Assembly (NCBI GenBank): GCA_023257525.1
Contig: JALRCB010000001.1
Span: 1 to 38,872, forward strand
Length of the DNA: 38,872 nucleotides
Direction: 5' to 3'
Origin: Candidatus Nanopelagicales bacterium
GTDB taxonomy: Bacteria > Actinomycetota > Actinomycetes > S36-B12 > UBA5976
The position numbers and the translations under genes are program-made. The notes below the pieces were generated by a model. It was not told the origin of the DNA, did no database searches, and was given only the letters and a program-made list of their open reading frames with translations. Positions within the stretch are counted from its first letter, which is position 1, and each line of letters begins with the position of its first letter. Positions 1 to 9,034 of this stretch are shown here, piece after piece.

Positions 1-246
1 TAGGGCTTCGACATCATCTCGACCGCGGATTTGTCCACTCGACATCCCAGTGGCAACGCCGCCAGACATGGAAACGAATGCGGAAATAGACAGGGTTTGA
101 TCAATCGAGTCGCCATTGGTTGTTAACGCAGAATTAGCCCACCGTAAGTTGTTGGTTGCGCTGTTTCCACCTATTACTACGCCACCATCTTTACCAAGTA
201 ATTCCAATGCAACTTCAACGGCATCCGGTAATGAAATCTCGCTCAT
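1..246 (-). CDS. PmbA/TldE-like (TldD-related) metallopeptidase partner; N-terminal fragment, gene runs off the left edge
   Basis: My translation of the minus strand from ATG at 246-244 gives MSEISLPDAVEVALELLGKDGGVVIGGNSATNNLRWANSALTTNGDS..., open to position 1. It shares an ATGA start/stop overlap with tldD. The NLRWANS-LTTNG block resembles actinobacterial PmbA/TldE-like proteins that pair with TldD. Confidence 0.7.
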   Translation of the reverse strand, partial: MSEISLPDAVEVALELLGKDGGVVIGGNSATNNLRWANSALTTNGDSIDQTLSISAFVSMSGGVATGMSSGQIRGRDDVEAL

Positions 247-1733
247 TTCGCACTCTCATCTCGAGTATTCAGAACGTTGATTTTGGTAAATGTGGCTGAT
301 GGACAACCGTGACTTACCGGAGCAACCTGACCAGGTTGACCTTTGCCGCAATTGAGGGCACCACCTAGTAGATATGTACTTGATCCGCCTAGCTGTCTCA
401 ACGAAGCCCAAAAGTCTGGTGTCTTAGATTGGTAAGCCACATCTTTAAGTTGACCAACAATCTCACCGTTCTTGATTTCGTGGAACCTCTGTCCAGTGAA
501 CTGAAAATTGAAGCGCTGCATATCTATTGACCAAGACTTGTCGCCAACAATGTAGATTCCTGACTCGACGTTTGAAATCAAATCTTTAGTAGTCAGATCC
601 TCAGCTCCAGGTTGAAGTGAAACGTTAGGCATTCTTTGGATTGGTGAGTGCAGCGCAGAATCGGCAAATGCACACCCGTTGGATCGGTCCATCTTGATCT
701 TGCTAGCGATTGAGCGATCCGTTTGATACCCGACCAAGATTCCGTCCTTGATCAAATCCCATTTTTGGGCTGCCACGCCTTCGTCGTCATAGCCGACGGT
801 TGAAAGTCCATGGTCTGAAGTGCGGTCCCCAGTTACATTCATGATGGGGGAGCCATACTTGAAACTGCCCAACTTATCGATAGTTGCAAACGACGTTCCA
901 GCGTAGTTTGCTTCGTAACCTAAAGCTCGATCCAGTTCTGTGGCATGACCTATGGACTCGTGAATAGTCAGCCAAAGATTAGTTGGATCGATCACGAGAT
1001 CCCAAGCACCTGGTGTAACCGAAGGCGATTTAACTTTTTCATCCAAGTACTCCGGAATCCGCGCTATTTCAGATTCCCAGTCCCAGCCAGTGCCAGTTAG
1101 GTACTCCCACCCGCGTCCAGCTGGCGGAGCACACGTGCGCATGTCCTCGAAACCAGAGTCACTTACATGTATCGCAGTTAAGGCCGCAGAGATTCGATCA
1201 CGCTGTTGCGAAATCTCGTTACCAAGCAAATCTGAATAGAAAGTTTGGTCGCGACCCATTCCAATGTTGCTTTCTATGTGACTCACTATGGATGAGCCAG
1301 AGATTTTGTGATTCCAGTTCTGCAAAAACTCGATGATTTCAGAATCAGTTTTTTCGAAGGCATCTATTTCGATTGGCAGAGTCCAAGACTGCTTTCCGTG
1401 AATTGGTTCATTTGCCAGTATTACTTCGTCAGCTGCCACTTGAGCACTGATCTTGGCCACTTGGATAGCTCTTAACGCTGTGTTAACCGCACTTTCAATG
1501 GTGAGTTCGGTGGTAGCCGCGAAACCCCAGGCACCCGAATGAACTACCCGAACACTAAGCGCAACGTTGGATTCCGAACCAATGTTCTCTACCTCACCGT
1601 CGCGCAGCGAAACTCCGCGCATGTCGTGTTTTGCAAGTCGAAACTGGGCGACAGTTGCTCCATTAATTGCGGCCGCCTCAAGAGCTGCCGAGGAAAGCAA
1701 CTCAGGTGTTGGTGTATTCGGAATTTGTATCAT
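243..1733 (-). CDS. tldD: TldD-family zinc metalloprotease
   Basis: 496-aa ORF with an HESIGHATELDR metal-binding block typical of the TldD/PmbA (U62) family. It is translationally coupled to a PmbA-like gene downstream. Confidence 0.9.
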   Translation of the reverse strand: MIQIPNTPTPELLSSAALEAAAINGATVAQFRLAKHDMRGVSLRDGEVENIGSESNVALSVRVVHSGAWGFAATTELTIESAVNTALRAIQVAKISAQVAADEVILANEPIHGKQSWTLPIEIDAFEKTDSEIIEFLQNWNHKISGSSIVSHIESNIGMGRDQTFYSDLLGNEISQQRDRISAALTAIHVSDSGFEDMRTCAPPAGRGWEYLTGTGWDWESEIARIPEYLDEKVKSPSVTPGAWDLVIDPTNLWLTIHESIGHATELDRALGYEANYAGTSFATIDKLGSFKYGSPIMNVTGDRTSDHGLSTVGYDDEGVAAQKWDLIKDGILVGYQTDRSIASKIKMDRSNGCAFADSALHSPIQRMPNVSLQPGAEDLTTKDLISNVESGIYIVGDKSWSIDMQRFNFQFTGQRFHEIKNGEIVGQLKDVAYQSKTPDFWASLRQLGGSSTYLLGGALNCGKGQPGQVAPVSHGCPSATFTKINVLNTRDESAK

Positions 1734-1800
1734 TTACGCTTACTTTCTAGGTTCCTTAACCCTAGCCATAGATTATGGGCCTAGGCGGTAGCCTTTATAC

Positions 1801-2505
1801 ATGTCAAGAGTTGTGTTGGTAACAGGTGGAAACCGCGGAATTGGACTTTCCATTGCTCGAAAATTCGAAGCTTTGGGCGATGTAGTTGTTGTGACTAGTC
1901 GCAGTGGCGATCCAATCACTGGACTTAATGTCGTGCAATGCGACGTTACTAGTACTGAGAGCGTAGATGCTGCCTTCGCCAAAATCGAAGAAGATTTCGG
2001 GCCGGTTGAAGTAGCCGTTGCCAACGCGGGAATTACCAAGGACAAGTTGCTGGTCCGCATGGCTGATGAAGACATCGATGACGTTCTCAACACCAACCTG
2101 TTTGGCGCTATTAGAGTGGCTCGTCGCGCTACTCGGTCAATGACTCAAGCAAGATCGGGACGAATAATTTTTGTATCTAGCGTGGTTGCCCTCATGGGAT
2201 CGGCCGGACAAGTTAACTATGCAGCATCTAAATCTGGTTTAGTAGGTGCCGCTCGCTCGCTGGCACGTGAAATCGGATCTCGTGGTGTCACCATCAACGT
2301 GGTGGCTCCTGGATTTATCGACACTGATATGACAGCAGTGCTATCAGAGGAACGCAAAACTCAGATTGTTGGCAACATCCCACTTGGACGATATGGCACC
2401 TCTGCCGAGGTTGCCGATGCGGTTGCCTTCCTGGCATCTCCGGAAGCAACATACATTACGGGCTCAGTCATTCCCGTTGATGGCGGCTTAGGTATGGGAC
2501 ACTAG
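1801..2505 (+). CDS. fabG: 3-oxoacyl-ACP reductase (FabG1/MabA-like SDR)
   Basis: 234 aa with a TGGNRGIG cofactor motif and YAASK (YxxxK) catalytic motif. It sits directly upstream of an InhA-like gene, as in the mycobacterial mabA-inhA operon. Confidence 0.9.
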   Translation: MSRVVLVTGGNRGIGLSIARKFEALGDVVVVTSRSGDPITGLNVVQCDVTSTESVDAAFAKIEEDFGPVEVAVANAGITKDKLLVRMADEDIDDVLNTNLFGAIRVARRATRSMTQARSGRIIFVSSVVALMGSAGQVNYAASKSGLVGAARSLAREIGSRGVTINVVAPGFIDTDMTAVLSEERKTQIVGNIPLGRYGTSAEVADAVAFLASPEATYITGSVIPVDGGLGMGH

Positions 2506-2511
2506 AGCACT

Positions 2512-3285
2512 ATGGGAATCCTTGAAGGCAAGAACTTATTGATCACTGGCGTCCTAACGGATTCATCAATCGCATTTCACGTTGCCCGATTGGCGCAAGA
2601 GCAAGGCGCGACTGTCGTCTTAACATCTTTTGGCCGAGCAGCAGGTTTAACCAAAAGAATTGCTGGTCGATTGCCTAACGAAGCACCTATCGTGCAGCTT
2701 GATGTCACCAACAAAGAGGATCTGGCTAACCTGGCTGGGGCAGTTTCTGAACACGTTCCTTACTTAGACGGAGTATTGCACTCAATCGCATTTGCCCCAG
2801 AGGCAGCCCTTGGCGGTAACTTCCTAAACACTGAATGGGATGACGTAAAGGTTGCAGTCGAAATTTCCGCTTTCTCTTTGAAGTCACTAGGCATGGCAAC
2901 GCTTCCGCTTATGCAAGAACGCGGTGGCCAGCTACTTGGTCTGGATTTTGATGCAACCGTTACATGGCCGTTCTATGACTGGATGGGTGTATCGAAGGCA
3001 GCCCTTGAATCAACTTGCCGCTACTTGGCTCGTGATCTGGGACCAAAGAATGTTCGAGTTAACTTAATTGCAGCTGGTCCGTTGTACACAACAGCAGCTA
3101 AGGGAATTCCTGGCTTTGATGAGTTTGGTCCGATGTGGCAACGCCGCGCACCTATCGGGTGGGATACTTCTGATCCAGTTCCGACAGCTAAAGCTTGTGT
3201 CGCAATGTTTTCAGATTGGTTCCCAGCTACAACAGGCGAGATTATTCACGTAGATGGCGGAGTCCACAGTCAAGGTGGACCATAA
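2512..3285 (+). CDS. fabI: NADH-dependent enoyl-ACP reductase, InhA-type FabI
   Basis: 257 aa. The N-terminus GKNLLITGVLTDSSIAFHVARLAQEQGA is nearly collinear with M. tuberculosis InhA. It has the Y-x6-K catalytic pair (YDWMGVSK). Confidence 0.9.
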   Translation: MGILEGKNLLITGVLTDSSIAFHVARLAQEQGATVVLTSFGRAAGLTKRIAGRLPNEAPIVQLDVTNKEDLANLAGAVSEHVPYLDGVLHSIAFAPEAALGGNFLNTEWDDVKVAVEISAFSLKSLGMATLPLMQERGGQLLGLDFDATVTWPFYDWMGVSKAALESTCRYLARDLGPKNVRVNLIAAGPLYTTAAKGIPGFDEFGPMWQRRAPIGWDTSDPVPTAKACVAMFSDWFPATTGEIIHVDGGVHSQGGP

Positions 3286-3289
3286 TTCT

Positions 3290-3988
3290 CTAGGTCGTTA
3301 CAACTGATTGCAAAACCGTTCTAGCTACAGTAATCAATTGTTCCAGAGTTTGTAATCTACGTCGATCAGTACTTGGACTATGCAAAGCACTTGTATTTGC
3401 AATTGCTCCTTGCGCGATAATTATGATCCGAGCGGCAAGTTCAAGTGCTTCTGTACTCCGCTTTGAAATATGTGGCGGTATGTGGAGGGTTCGAAATGAT
3501 TCGAGCGCAGCAAGAATTTTAGTTTCATCACCGACTAAGTCACTAGCCGCCAGCTGATTTGCAGATTCCGAAATTTGCTCCTTGAGGCTACGTCGAGCTT
3601 GGCTCAAGTCGTAGTGCAAAACATTGTTGGTCTCGGTCACGAGTTTCCACACATCATTAGAGTCCCGGCACAAAACCTGGGTTCGGTTGATTGCTACCAC
3701 ACCTGAATCCAGCGAGATAGTGGCGAGAACCCCAACTGGAACTCCTGCCGGATCACCGGGAACCGGGAGACCAACAGCTACTGGCTCTGCGGCTGACGCT
3801 ACAGTTCGCACTAAATCAAGCCAAGAGGAATCGATTCCAACGGAGTTACTGACCATTTGGACATCGACTTGCTCTGTTATCGCCTCTAGAGCATTCGCAG
3901 CATCCGTCTGGGAAACCGATCCAATTTGCGCCGCATTCAACCAAAGCCCAAGCAGCACGGCTGGCGGGAACGCGTGCTCAGGTGACAT
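3290..3988 (-). CDS. hypothetical protein (232 aa, no family recognised)
   Basis: Long ORF with normal soluble-protein composition (A/L/V/E/D-rich) and no TM segment. The competing + strand ORF 3624-4160 is S/T/P/R-rich junk and runs into the ABC gene. I recognise no motif. Confidence 0.6.
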   Translation of the reverse strand: MSPEHAFPPAVLLGLWLNAAQIGSVSQTDAANALEAITEQVDVQMVSNSVGIDSSWLDLVRTVASAAEPVAVGLPVPGDPAGVPVGVLATISLDSGVVAINRTQVLCRDSNDVWKLVTETNNVLHYDLSQARRSLKEQISESANQLAASDLVGDETKILAALESFRTLHIPPHISKRSTEALELAARIIIIAQGAIANTSALHSPSTDRRRLQTLEQLITVARTVLQSVVTT

Positions 3989-4068
3989 CTGGATTCCTTA
4001 CCGTTGTGTGGCTGACAGGTTTAAGGGTTACTCATCTTTAACTTTTGCTCTAGAGGTAGATTACTCGT

Positions 4069-4881
4069 GTGCTAGAGATTCTGGACTTACAAGACGTCAC
4101 AGTCCGACGTGGATCAACAGAGATCCTAAGTCATGTCACCTGGCAAGTTACACCCGGTGAGCGCTGGGTTGTTATGGGATCAAACGGTGCAGGTAAAACT
4201 TCCTTAATGCAGATTTGCTCTGGATTCATGCATCCAACAACAGGTGCTGCAAAAGTTCTGGGTTATGAATTAGGTCGAACTGATGTCCGAGAACTAAGAA
4301 CACTTGTTGGAATATCCAGTGCCGCAGTTGTTGCGCTTCTGCCGCCACAGGAAACTGTGCTCGACAGCATTCTTACATCCGCGTACGGAATCTCCGGTCG
4401 CTGGCGAGAGCGATATGAACAAGTAGATCGCGATCGCGCGCATGCATTAATGGCAGATTGGGGATTGACAAACTTTGCAAGCAGAAGAATTGGGAATTTG
4501 TCCGAAGGTGAGCGAAAACGAGTTCAGATCGCAAGAGCTTTGATGTGTGATCCGGAACTCTTAATTCTGGATGAACCAGCTGCTGGTCTTGATGTAGGCG
4601 GACGAGAGGATTTAGTTTCGCGACTTGCGCAATTGGCCGGGGATGAAAATTCTCCAAGTTTGGTTTTAGTCACTCACCACGTTGAAGAGATTCCACCCAA
4701 TTTCACGCATGCCTTGTTGCTAAAGTCTGGCCAAGTTTCGGCCCGAGGCTTAATTTCTGATGTCGTAACTAGCTCTCTGATGTCAGAGGCTTTTGGAATT
4801 GCACTAGATGTTGAATACGGGGACCAAAGATGGCACGCCCAAGGCAAGCAGCCGAGTCGTGGGCGCAGAGCCAAGGGGTAA
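4069..4881 (+). CDS. ABC-type ATPase without adjacent permease (YlmA/ModF-like)
   Basis: GTG start. Walker A GSNGAGKTS, signature LSEGERKRV, Walker B LLILDEP, and H-loop VTHH. The GxxxGxxDVRELRxxVGxxSS pattern resembles YlmA/ModF-type orphan ATPases. Confidence 0.85.
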   Translation: MLEILDLQDVTVRRGSTEILSHVTWQVTPGERWVVMGSNGAGKTSLMQICSGFMHPTTGAAKVLGYELGRTDVRELRTLVGISSAAVVALLPPQETVLDSILTSAYGISGRWRERYEQVDRDRAHALMADWGLTNFASRRIGNLSEGERKRVQIARALMCDPELLILDEPAAGLDVGGREDLVSRLAQLAGDENSPSLVLVTHHVEEIPPNFTHALLLKSGQVSARGLISDVVTSSLMSEAFGIALDVEYGDQRWHAQGKQPSRGRRAKG

Positions 4882-4927
4882 TTCGAATAACTGGGCATTA
4901 AGGCACGAGCATTGACATAATGAAGAC

Positions 4928-5464
4928 GTGACTGACCTTACCGATGTGCAATCTGCTTGGTTAACCGCAGAGGACCTCGAGCAAATTCGCGAGCGTTTGC
5001 CAATTGTTTATGTGGATGCCATCCCTGTACGTGTTGACGATGCTGGTCGAGTTACGAAAATCGGATTGTTGTTACGTGGCCGCCCAGACGGTTCAATAAG
5101 CAGAGCCGTCATTTCTGGCCGAGTCTTATACGGTGAGCGAATTCGAGATGCACTATTACGTCACATCGAAAAGGATCTTGGTGGGGTAGCACTGCCACAG
5201 ATTCCAACTAATCCAGCACCATTCACAGTTGCTGAGTACTTTCCTGATCCAGATGTATCTGGGTTCCATGATCCACGTCAACATGCAGTCTCATTGGTCT
5301 ATGTAGTACCCGTTAAAGGTGACTGTGCCCCAAGTCAGGATGCGCTGGATTTAGTTTGGCTCACACCTGCTGAAGCAATTTCCCAGAACGTGCGCGCCGA
5401 GATGACCGGTGGTCAAGACTTATTAGTTCAACTAGCTCTGGCTCACGCCGGCGCACTTTCTTAA
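4928..5464 (+). CDS. NUDIX-fold protein with degenerate Nudix box (DUF4916-like)
   Basis: 178 aa. GRVLYGERIRDALLRHIEKDLG aligns to Gx5Ex7REUxEExG, but the REUxEE core reads RHIEKD. Confidence 0.6.
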   Translation: MTDLTDVQSAWLTAEDLEQIRERLPIVYVDAIPVRVDDAGRVTKIGLLLRGRPDGSISRAVISGRVLYGERIRDALLRHIEKDLGGVALPQIPTNPAPFTVAEYFPDPDVSGFHDPRQHAVSLVYVVPVKGDCAPSQDALDLVWLTPAEAISQNVRAEMTGGQDLLVQLALAHAGALS

Positions 5465-5479
5465 GGATTTAAGTTTTAC

Positions 5480-5953
5480 ATGGCGGAACGTGATGGTGAC
5501 GGCTGGGTTGATTGCCAGTGCGGCTCCCGACACTGGGGTAAGTTTGGCGCTGCTGGTGTTGTACTTATGAATCCAGAAACCCGTTCAATCTTGATGCAAC
5601 TTCGTGCGGAATGGACACATGGCGGGCGAGTGTGGGGAATTCCTGGCGGCGCCCGAGACTCACATGAAACTCCAATCGAATCTGCGCTTAGGGAAATGTC
5701 AGAAGAGCTGGCGATCCACCCTGATTTAGTTGAGGTTGTGCACGACAATATTTGGGCAGATCACGATGACTGGAGCTATCACACCGTAATTGCGATCACT
5801 TCCCGCGACATTTCATTTCAAGTTAATGAAGAAGCCGAACTAGCTGAGTGGATTGAGTTTTCTAAAGTATCCGAACTTGATTTGCATCCAGGCTTTGCTT
5901 CTAATTGGAATGACATTTTGCACGCTATCGAAGGTGTTCTCGCAAAGTCTTAG
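5480..5953 (+). CDS. NUDIX hydrolase
   Basis: 157 aa with a near-canonical Nudix box, GARDSHETPIESALREMSEELAI (G-x5-E-x7-REMSEE). Confidence 0.8.
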   Translation: MAERDGDGWVDCQCGSRHWGKFGAAGVVLMNPETRSILMQLRAEWTHGGRVWGIPGGARDSHETPIESALREMSEELAIHPDLVEVVHDNIWADHDDWSYHTVIAITSRDISFQVNEEAELAEWIEFSKVSELDLHPGFASNWNDILHAIEGVLAKS

Positions 5954-6633
5954 CTCTTGTAGCCACTTAGTTGCGAAATCTTATGACCTAGTCGCACAGC
6001 TCGCTGATGATAAGTAGTCATAGGAACATCCCAATCACCTTCAACAACTTGATACTTATGAGCTGTGATAGCTGCTGAAGCAGATTCGAAATATGATTCA
6101 TCATCTGTGACAAAAACTAGTCGACCACCAGGCTTGAGCAACGCAAAAACTTGGTCCAAAAATAGTTGGCTAATTAGACGACGTTTATGGTGTCTAGCTT
6201 TCGGCCATGGATCTGGAAACAGAACATGCACTTCAGTTATCGATTCAGATTTCAACCAATCCGTGAAAACATCAATGCCGTCACCATGATGTGTTCGAAG
6301 GTTGGTCAATTCTTGTTCTGTGGCCGTTTCAGCGATTGCTAGTAATCCGACAGTATGCACATCAATGGCTAGCACACCAACATCTGGTGAAGAAGCCGCC
6401 AGGGACAGCGCATGAAGGCCCATTCCGGAACCAAAGTCCACAATTACCATTTCTCGATTGAAAACTTTAGCTAGATCGATTGGGCGTTCTAGACCAGAAA
6501 TCTCAAAATTTGGTAGCAGTTCTCGCAGGGTTCGTTCCCGACTTGCCGACATCCGTCCGTGCCGGGCATGAAATGTCCGAATGTGAGGGTGTTCCGAAAC
6601 CGTGCCAGGTTGCGGATAGATTGGAGACTGCAC
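5950..6633 (-). CDS. trmB: tRNA (guanine46-N7)-methyltransferase
   Basis: 227 aa with a DFGSGMG SAM motif and the FPDPWPKARHHKRR block characteristic of TrmB. Its stop codon overlaps the stop of the convergent Nudix gene (TTAG). Confidence 0.9.
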   Translation of the reverse strand: MQSPIYPQPGTVSEHPHIRTFHARHGRMSASRERTLRELLPNFEISGLERPIDLAKVFNREMVIVDFGSGMGLHALSLAASSPDVGVLAIDVHTVGLLAIAETATEQELTNLRTHHGDGIDVFTDWLKSESITEVHVLFPDPWPKARHHKRRLISQLFLDQVFALLKPGGRLVFVTDDESYFESASAAITAHKYQVVEGDWDVPMTTYHQRAVRLGHKISQLSGYKS

Positions 6634-6674
6634 AATTCAGAGTACAAGGTTAAGAGTTTAAACAAGGAGAGACC

Positions 6675-7550
6675 ATGGATCTCAGCGGCGTTCACGTTCC
6701 GTTAGTTACACCTTTTGATAGCAATGGAGTAGTTGATACCAAATCAATCGCGCACATCGCAGAAGTGATGATTGCCAATGGCATTTCCGGAATCGTTGCC
6801 GCTGGTACGACAGGCGAGGCCTACGCTTTGAACTTTGAAGAGCGACAAACTGTTATTGACACCATCGTCAAGCAGGTACATGGTCGAGTTCCAGTCTTGG
6901 CGGGTGTTGGCGGCATGTCAACAAAGGAAGCCATCAAGCAGGCCCAACTCGCGCTAGAACTAAAGTGCGACGGCCTGATGGTTGCGGCTCCGGCATACGT
7001 TTTACCAACTCCAACTGAACTTGCAAACCATGTGACAGTTGTAGTTGCGGCAGCAAAGTTACCTACTGTGCTTTATGACTACCCAGCTCGCACTGGCGTT
7101 CCGTTTGATCAGGAAACCCTAGATCTACTTGCAGATAATCCTCTTGTAATTGGAATTAAGGAAGCATCCGGAGATCTAGATCGAATTCCTATGCTAAACC
7201 AGCGTTATTCAGGCAGAATCGAAATTGTTTGTGGCGCTGATGCAGATAGCCCATCATTCTTTAATGCTGGTGCAACAAGCTGGATTGGTGGCATGGCAAA
7301 TGCGCTACCCAAGGCTCACTTTGGAATTCTTGATCCGGCAACTAGAGCGCAGGCTCATGCTGCAGTCCTTCCATTGCTTGAGCACATTGAATCGGGCAGA
7401 TACATAGCTAAGACAAAAGCTCTAATGGGGCTTCTTGGGGTGCCGTGCTCGTCAACGCGTGGACCACTGGCAGAACTAGAACCAGCTGGCGTCGAAACAT
7501 TGCGCACCCTCGTGGCGCAAGCAGGTGAATGGGTTCCAAGCCTGGTTTAA
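6675..7550 (+). CDS. DapA-family lyase (4-hydroxy-tetrahydrodipicolinate synthase family)
   Basis: 291 aa with a GTTGE motif and a Schiff-base lysine context, VIGIKEASGD. I cannot separate true DapA from paralogous aldolases by eye. Confidence 0.8.
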   Translation: MDLSGVHVPLVTPFDSNGVVDTKSIAHIAEVMIANGISGIVAAGTTGEAYALNFEERQTVIDTIVKQVHGRVPVLAGVGGMSTKEAIKQAQLALELKCDGLMVAAPAYVLPTPTELANHVTVVVAAAKLPTVLYDYPARTGVPFDQETLDLLADNPLVIGIKEASGDLDRIPMLNQRYSGRIEIVCGADADSPSFFNAGATSWIGGMANALPKAHFGILDPATRAQAHAAVLPLLEHIESGRYIAKTKALMGLLGVPCSSTRGPLAELEPAGVETLRTLVAQAGEWVPSLV

Positions 7551-7553
7551 CTT

Positions 7554-8219
7554 ATGGCTGCAACCTTGTGGAGTTCTATCCCAGCTTCGTGGCAGGGTTG
7601 TCTCGCGAGTTGTCGGTCAAGTATTGATCAAATCGACGTGCAGTTAATGCAGTGCGTTAAAGATTCGATCGAAGTTGTGCCGAGTTTCGAAAACATTTTC
7701 GCTGCTCTGAAAATCTCTCCAGTTGATGTATCAGTAGTTGTCATTGGTCAGGATCCATACCCAACACCTAGTCACGCAATTGGTCTAGCATTCGCGGTAC
7801 CTAGCCAAACAAAACCACTGCCTGGCTCCTTGCGAAACATCTTCAAAGAAGTTGCAGCAGACACCGGATCGACCTCAACGGCTGACGCGTCATTAGGAGC
7901 TTGGGTGGAGCAGGGCGTTCTATTGCTAAACACTTCACTGACCACTGAGTCTGGAATCCGGGCTGCACATTCAAGCTGGCCTTGGGAAACAGTTATTCGC
8001 GCCATGATCGCACATGTTGTTGAGGTAAATCCGCTGGTAGTAGGTCTGCTCTTTGGCAATCACGCAAAAAAGTTTGGTGAGCTGTTTGATCCGAACTCGA
8101 TCGTAAGTTCAGCGCATCCAAGTCCATTGAGTGCCAGCCGAGGTTTTCTAGGTTCTAAACCATTCACTCAAGTAAATGAGATCTTGATGAGAAATGGTAA
8201 GTCGGTGATTGTCTGGTGA
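7554..8219 (+). CDS. ung: uracil-DNA glycosylase, family 1
   Basis: 221 aa with the GQDPYPTPSHAIGLAF water-activating loop (actinobacterial variant) and an HPSPLSA motif. Confidence 0.9.
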   Translation: MAATLWSSIPASWQGCLASCRSSIDQIDVQLMQCVKDSIEVVPSFENIFAALKISPVDVSVVVIGQDPYPTPSHAIGLAFAVPSQTKPLPGSLRNIFKEVAADTGSTSTADASLGAWVEQGVLLLNTSLTTESGIRAAHSSWPWETVIRAMIAHVVEVNPLVVGLLFGNHAKKFGELFDPNSIVSSAHPSPLSASRGFLGSKPFTQVNEILMRNGKSVIVW

Positions 8220-9001
8220 AAAAGTCATATCCAGTCGTAGCGCTACTAATTCTCGCTTGGCTATTTAGCTCATGCGACAACGGCGGAAATCCAGACTCAA
8301 ACCAATCATCTGTAAGTAAGCCAGCGCCACAAGTACTGCCGTCAGATTCGCCGATGCCGCAGACATCACCCAGCGAACAAGTAACGCAACCAGCACCCGT
8401 TGTTACGCCATCGAGCCAAGCGCAAGTAGCCTCGCAAGCACTTTCAGTTGCCCAAGCGTTGCCAGTCAGAGGTAGGGCTCCTGACTCGGATTACAGCCGT
8501 GAAGCTTTTGGATCAGCCTGGAAAGATGTGGATCGAAATGGCTGCGATACCCGCAATGACATTTTGCAGCGCGACTTTGCAACCGTAGTTCTGAAATCGG
8601 GAACGGGGAACTGTAAAGTCATCGGCGGTACCTGGATAGATCCGTATTCCAACGAAAGCTACACCTTTGCCGAAGCACCCAGCGGGGCTCAAATTGATCA
8701 TGTGGTTTCACTCAAGAATGCCTGGCAAATGGGTGCAGACCAGTGGACTGATCAGATGCGCGTTGAGTTTGCAAACGATCCCTTGAATCTCCGAGTAACG
8801 ATTGCATCCTTGAATCAACAAAAGAGCGATTCGAATGCAGCGTCCTGGTTACCACCATTTAAACCCGGTCGATGTGCTTTCATAGCCACTCAAGTTGCTG
8901 TGAAGGCGAAATGGTTGCTTTATGTAACTGAGGCTGAGAAAGAAGTTTTCGTAGCGATTTTGAGTAAACCAGAATGTGAACAAACTCAGCTTCCGAACTA
9001 G
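8216..9001 (+). CDS. secreted lipoprotein with DUF1524/His-Me (HNH-like) nuclease domain
   Basis: GTG start overlaps the ung stop (GTGA). Signal peptide plus Cys (LAWLFSSC), then a P/S/T/Q-rich linker. Nuclease-domain blocks: NGCDTRNDILQRD, QIDHVVSLKNAW and LNQQKSDSN. Confidence 0.75.
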   Translation: MKKSYPVVALLILAWLFSSCDNGGNPDSNQSSVSKPAPQVLPSDSPMPQTSPSEQVTQPAPVVTPSSQAQVASQALSVAQALPVRGRAPDSDYSREAFGSAWKDVDRNGCDTRNDILQRDFATVVLKSGTGNCKVIGGTWIDPYSNESYTFAEAPSGAQIDHVVSLKNAWQMGADQWTDQMRVEFANDPLNLRVTIASLNQQKSDSNAASWLPPFKPGRCAFIATQVAVKAKWLLYVTEAEKEVFVAILSKPECEQTQLPN

Positions 9002-9034
9002 AAATTTACACGTTTAATGGGGCAGACTTAGTTC

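Noticed and set aside
3624-4160. 178-aa + strand ORF overlapping the 232-aa hypothetical gene and the start of the ABC ATPase.
   Set aside because: The composition is junk-like (T/S/P/R-rich) and it would overlap two better-supported genes. The minus-strand frame is the credible one.
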